Shown here one piece after another: positions 59,935-60,024 of a stretch of 60,024 nucleotides of DNA. The position numbers were made by a program, and so were the translations under genes. Within the stretch, counting starts at the first letter, position 1, and every line of letters begins with the position of its first letter. The notes below the pieces were generated by a model. It made no database searches. It saw only the letters and a program-made list of their open reading frames with translations, and was not told where the DNA came from. The DNA is from Candidatus Omnitrophota bacterium (GTDB lineage: Bacteria > Omnitrophota > Gorgyraeia > 2-02-FULL-51-18 > JAGOUK01), in contig JBLINS010000005.1 of the NCBI GenBank assembly GCA_047639455.1, positions 1 to 60,024 of the forward strand. The letters are read 5' to 3'.

Positions 59935-60024
59935 TGGTATACCACCACTGCCGTGGCTACGCTTCTTCCAGAAGCTGGGTCCATCCGGACCTCGGCATAC
60001 CATCAATGTGTCACTGACGTGACC
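59935..60024 (-). ncRNA. candidate structured RNA (four-way junction), probably truncated by window end
   Basis: Minus strand: closing stem TGGTATGCC/GGTATACCA enclosing GGTCC/GGACC, GCTTCT/AGAAGC and GCCAC/GTGGT hairpins; mismatches are G-U only on the minus strand. Confidence 0.45.

Noticed and set aside
59970-59995. GAGGTCCGGATGGACCCAGC (minus strand) resembling SRP RNA helix 8
   Set aside because: Lacks the conserved GGAA loop and AGCAG internal loop, and folds as a multi-branch junction rather than a long rod
1-60024. CRISPR array, tRNA, rRNA or transposase
   Set aside because: No regularly spaced repeats, tRNA signatures or transposase ORFs seen by eye

Overview
Low-GC bacterial chromosomal window, mostly housekeeping and energy genes. 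The gene families and repeat style suggest a PVC-superphylum organism, possibly Omnitrophota; this is inference only. Gene order: asd-truA-riboflavin operon (ribBA, ribH, nusB, ribD, ribE), a DAO-family oxidoreductase, greA, a LysM amidase and hflKC. Next comes a ~10 kb non-canonical type II fatty-acid/polyketide cluster (10467-20547). It has a DUF1571-like exported protein, membrane GT2, PaaK-like adenylation enzyme, FabL-type enoyl reductase, one active and one His-less FabZ, an ACP with a ~45-aa insertion, AcpS, one catalytically dead and one active ketosynthase, and a membrane-anchored hydrolase. It runs into a sulfite/nitrite reductase, VanZ, TolC and an RND pump with no adaptor gene. Then follow a DedA/GT2/GH1/DUF2064 cluster, HAD phosphatase, cca, two tandem excisionase-like HTH paralogs, an NYN nuclease, a complex I lacking NuoEFG next to a full Na+-NQR operon, a CNNM transporter, gamma-CA, a BrnTA toxin-antitoxin pair, a histidine phosphatase, rlmN, TlpA and exbBD. 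Intergenic DNA carries a modular GTCAT...ATGAC palindromic repeat family (one copy with a nested insertion), two MITE-like elements, several apparently leaderless promoters, and a candidate four-way-junction RNA at the right edge. The best candidate for an undescribed system is the type II FAS/PKS glycolipid-like cluster. All calls come from reading motifs by eye; no searches were run.
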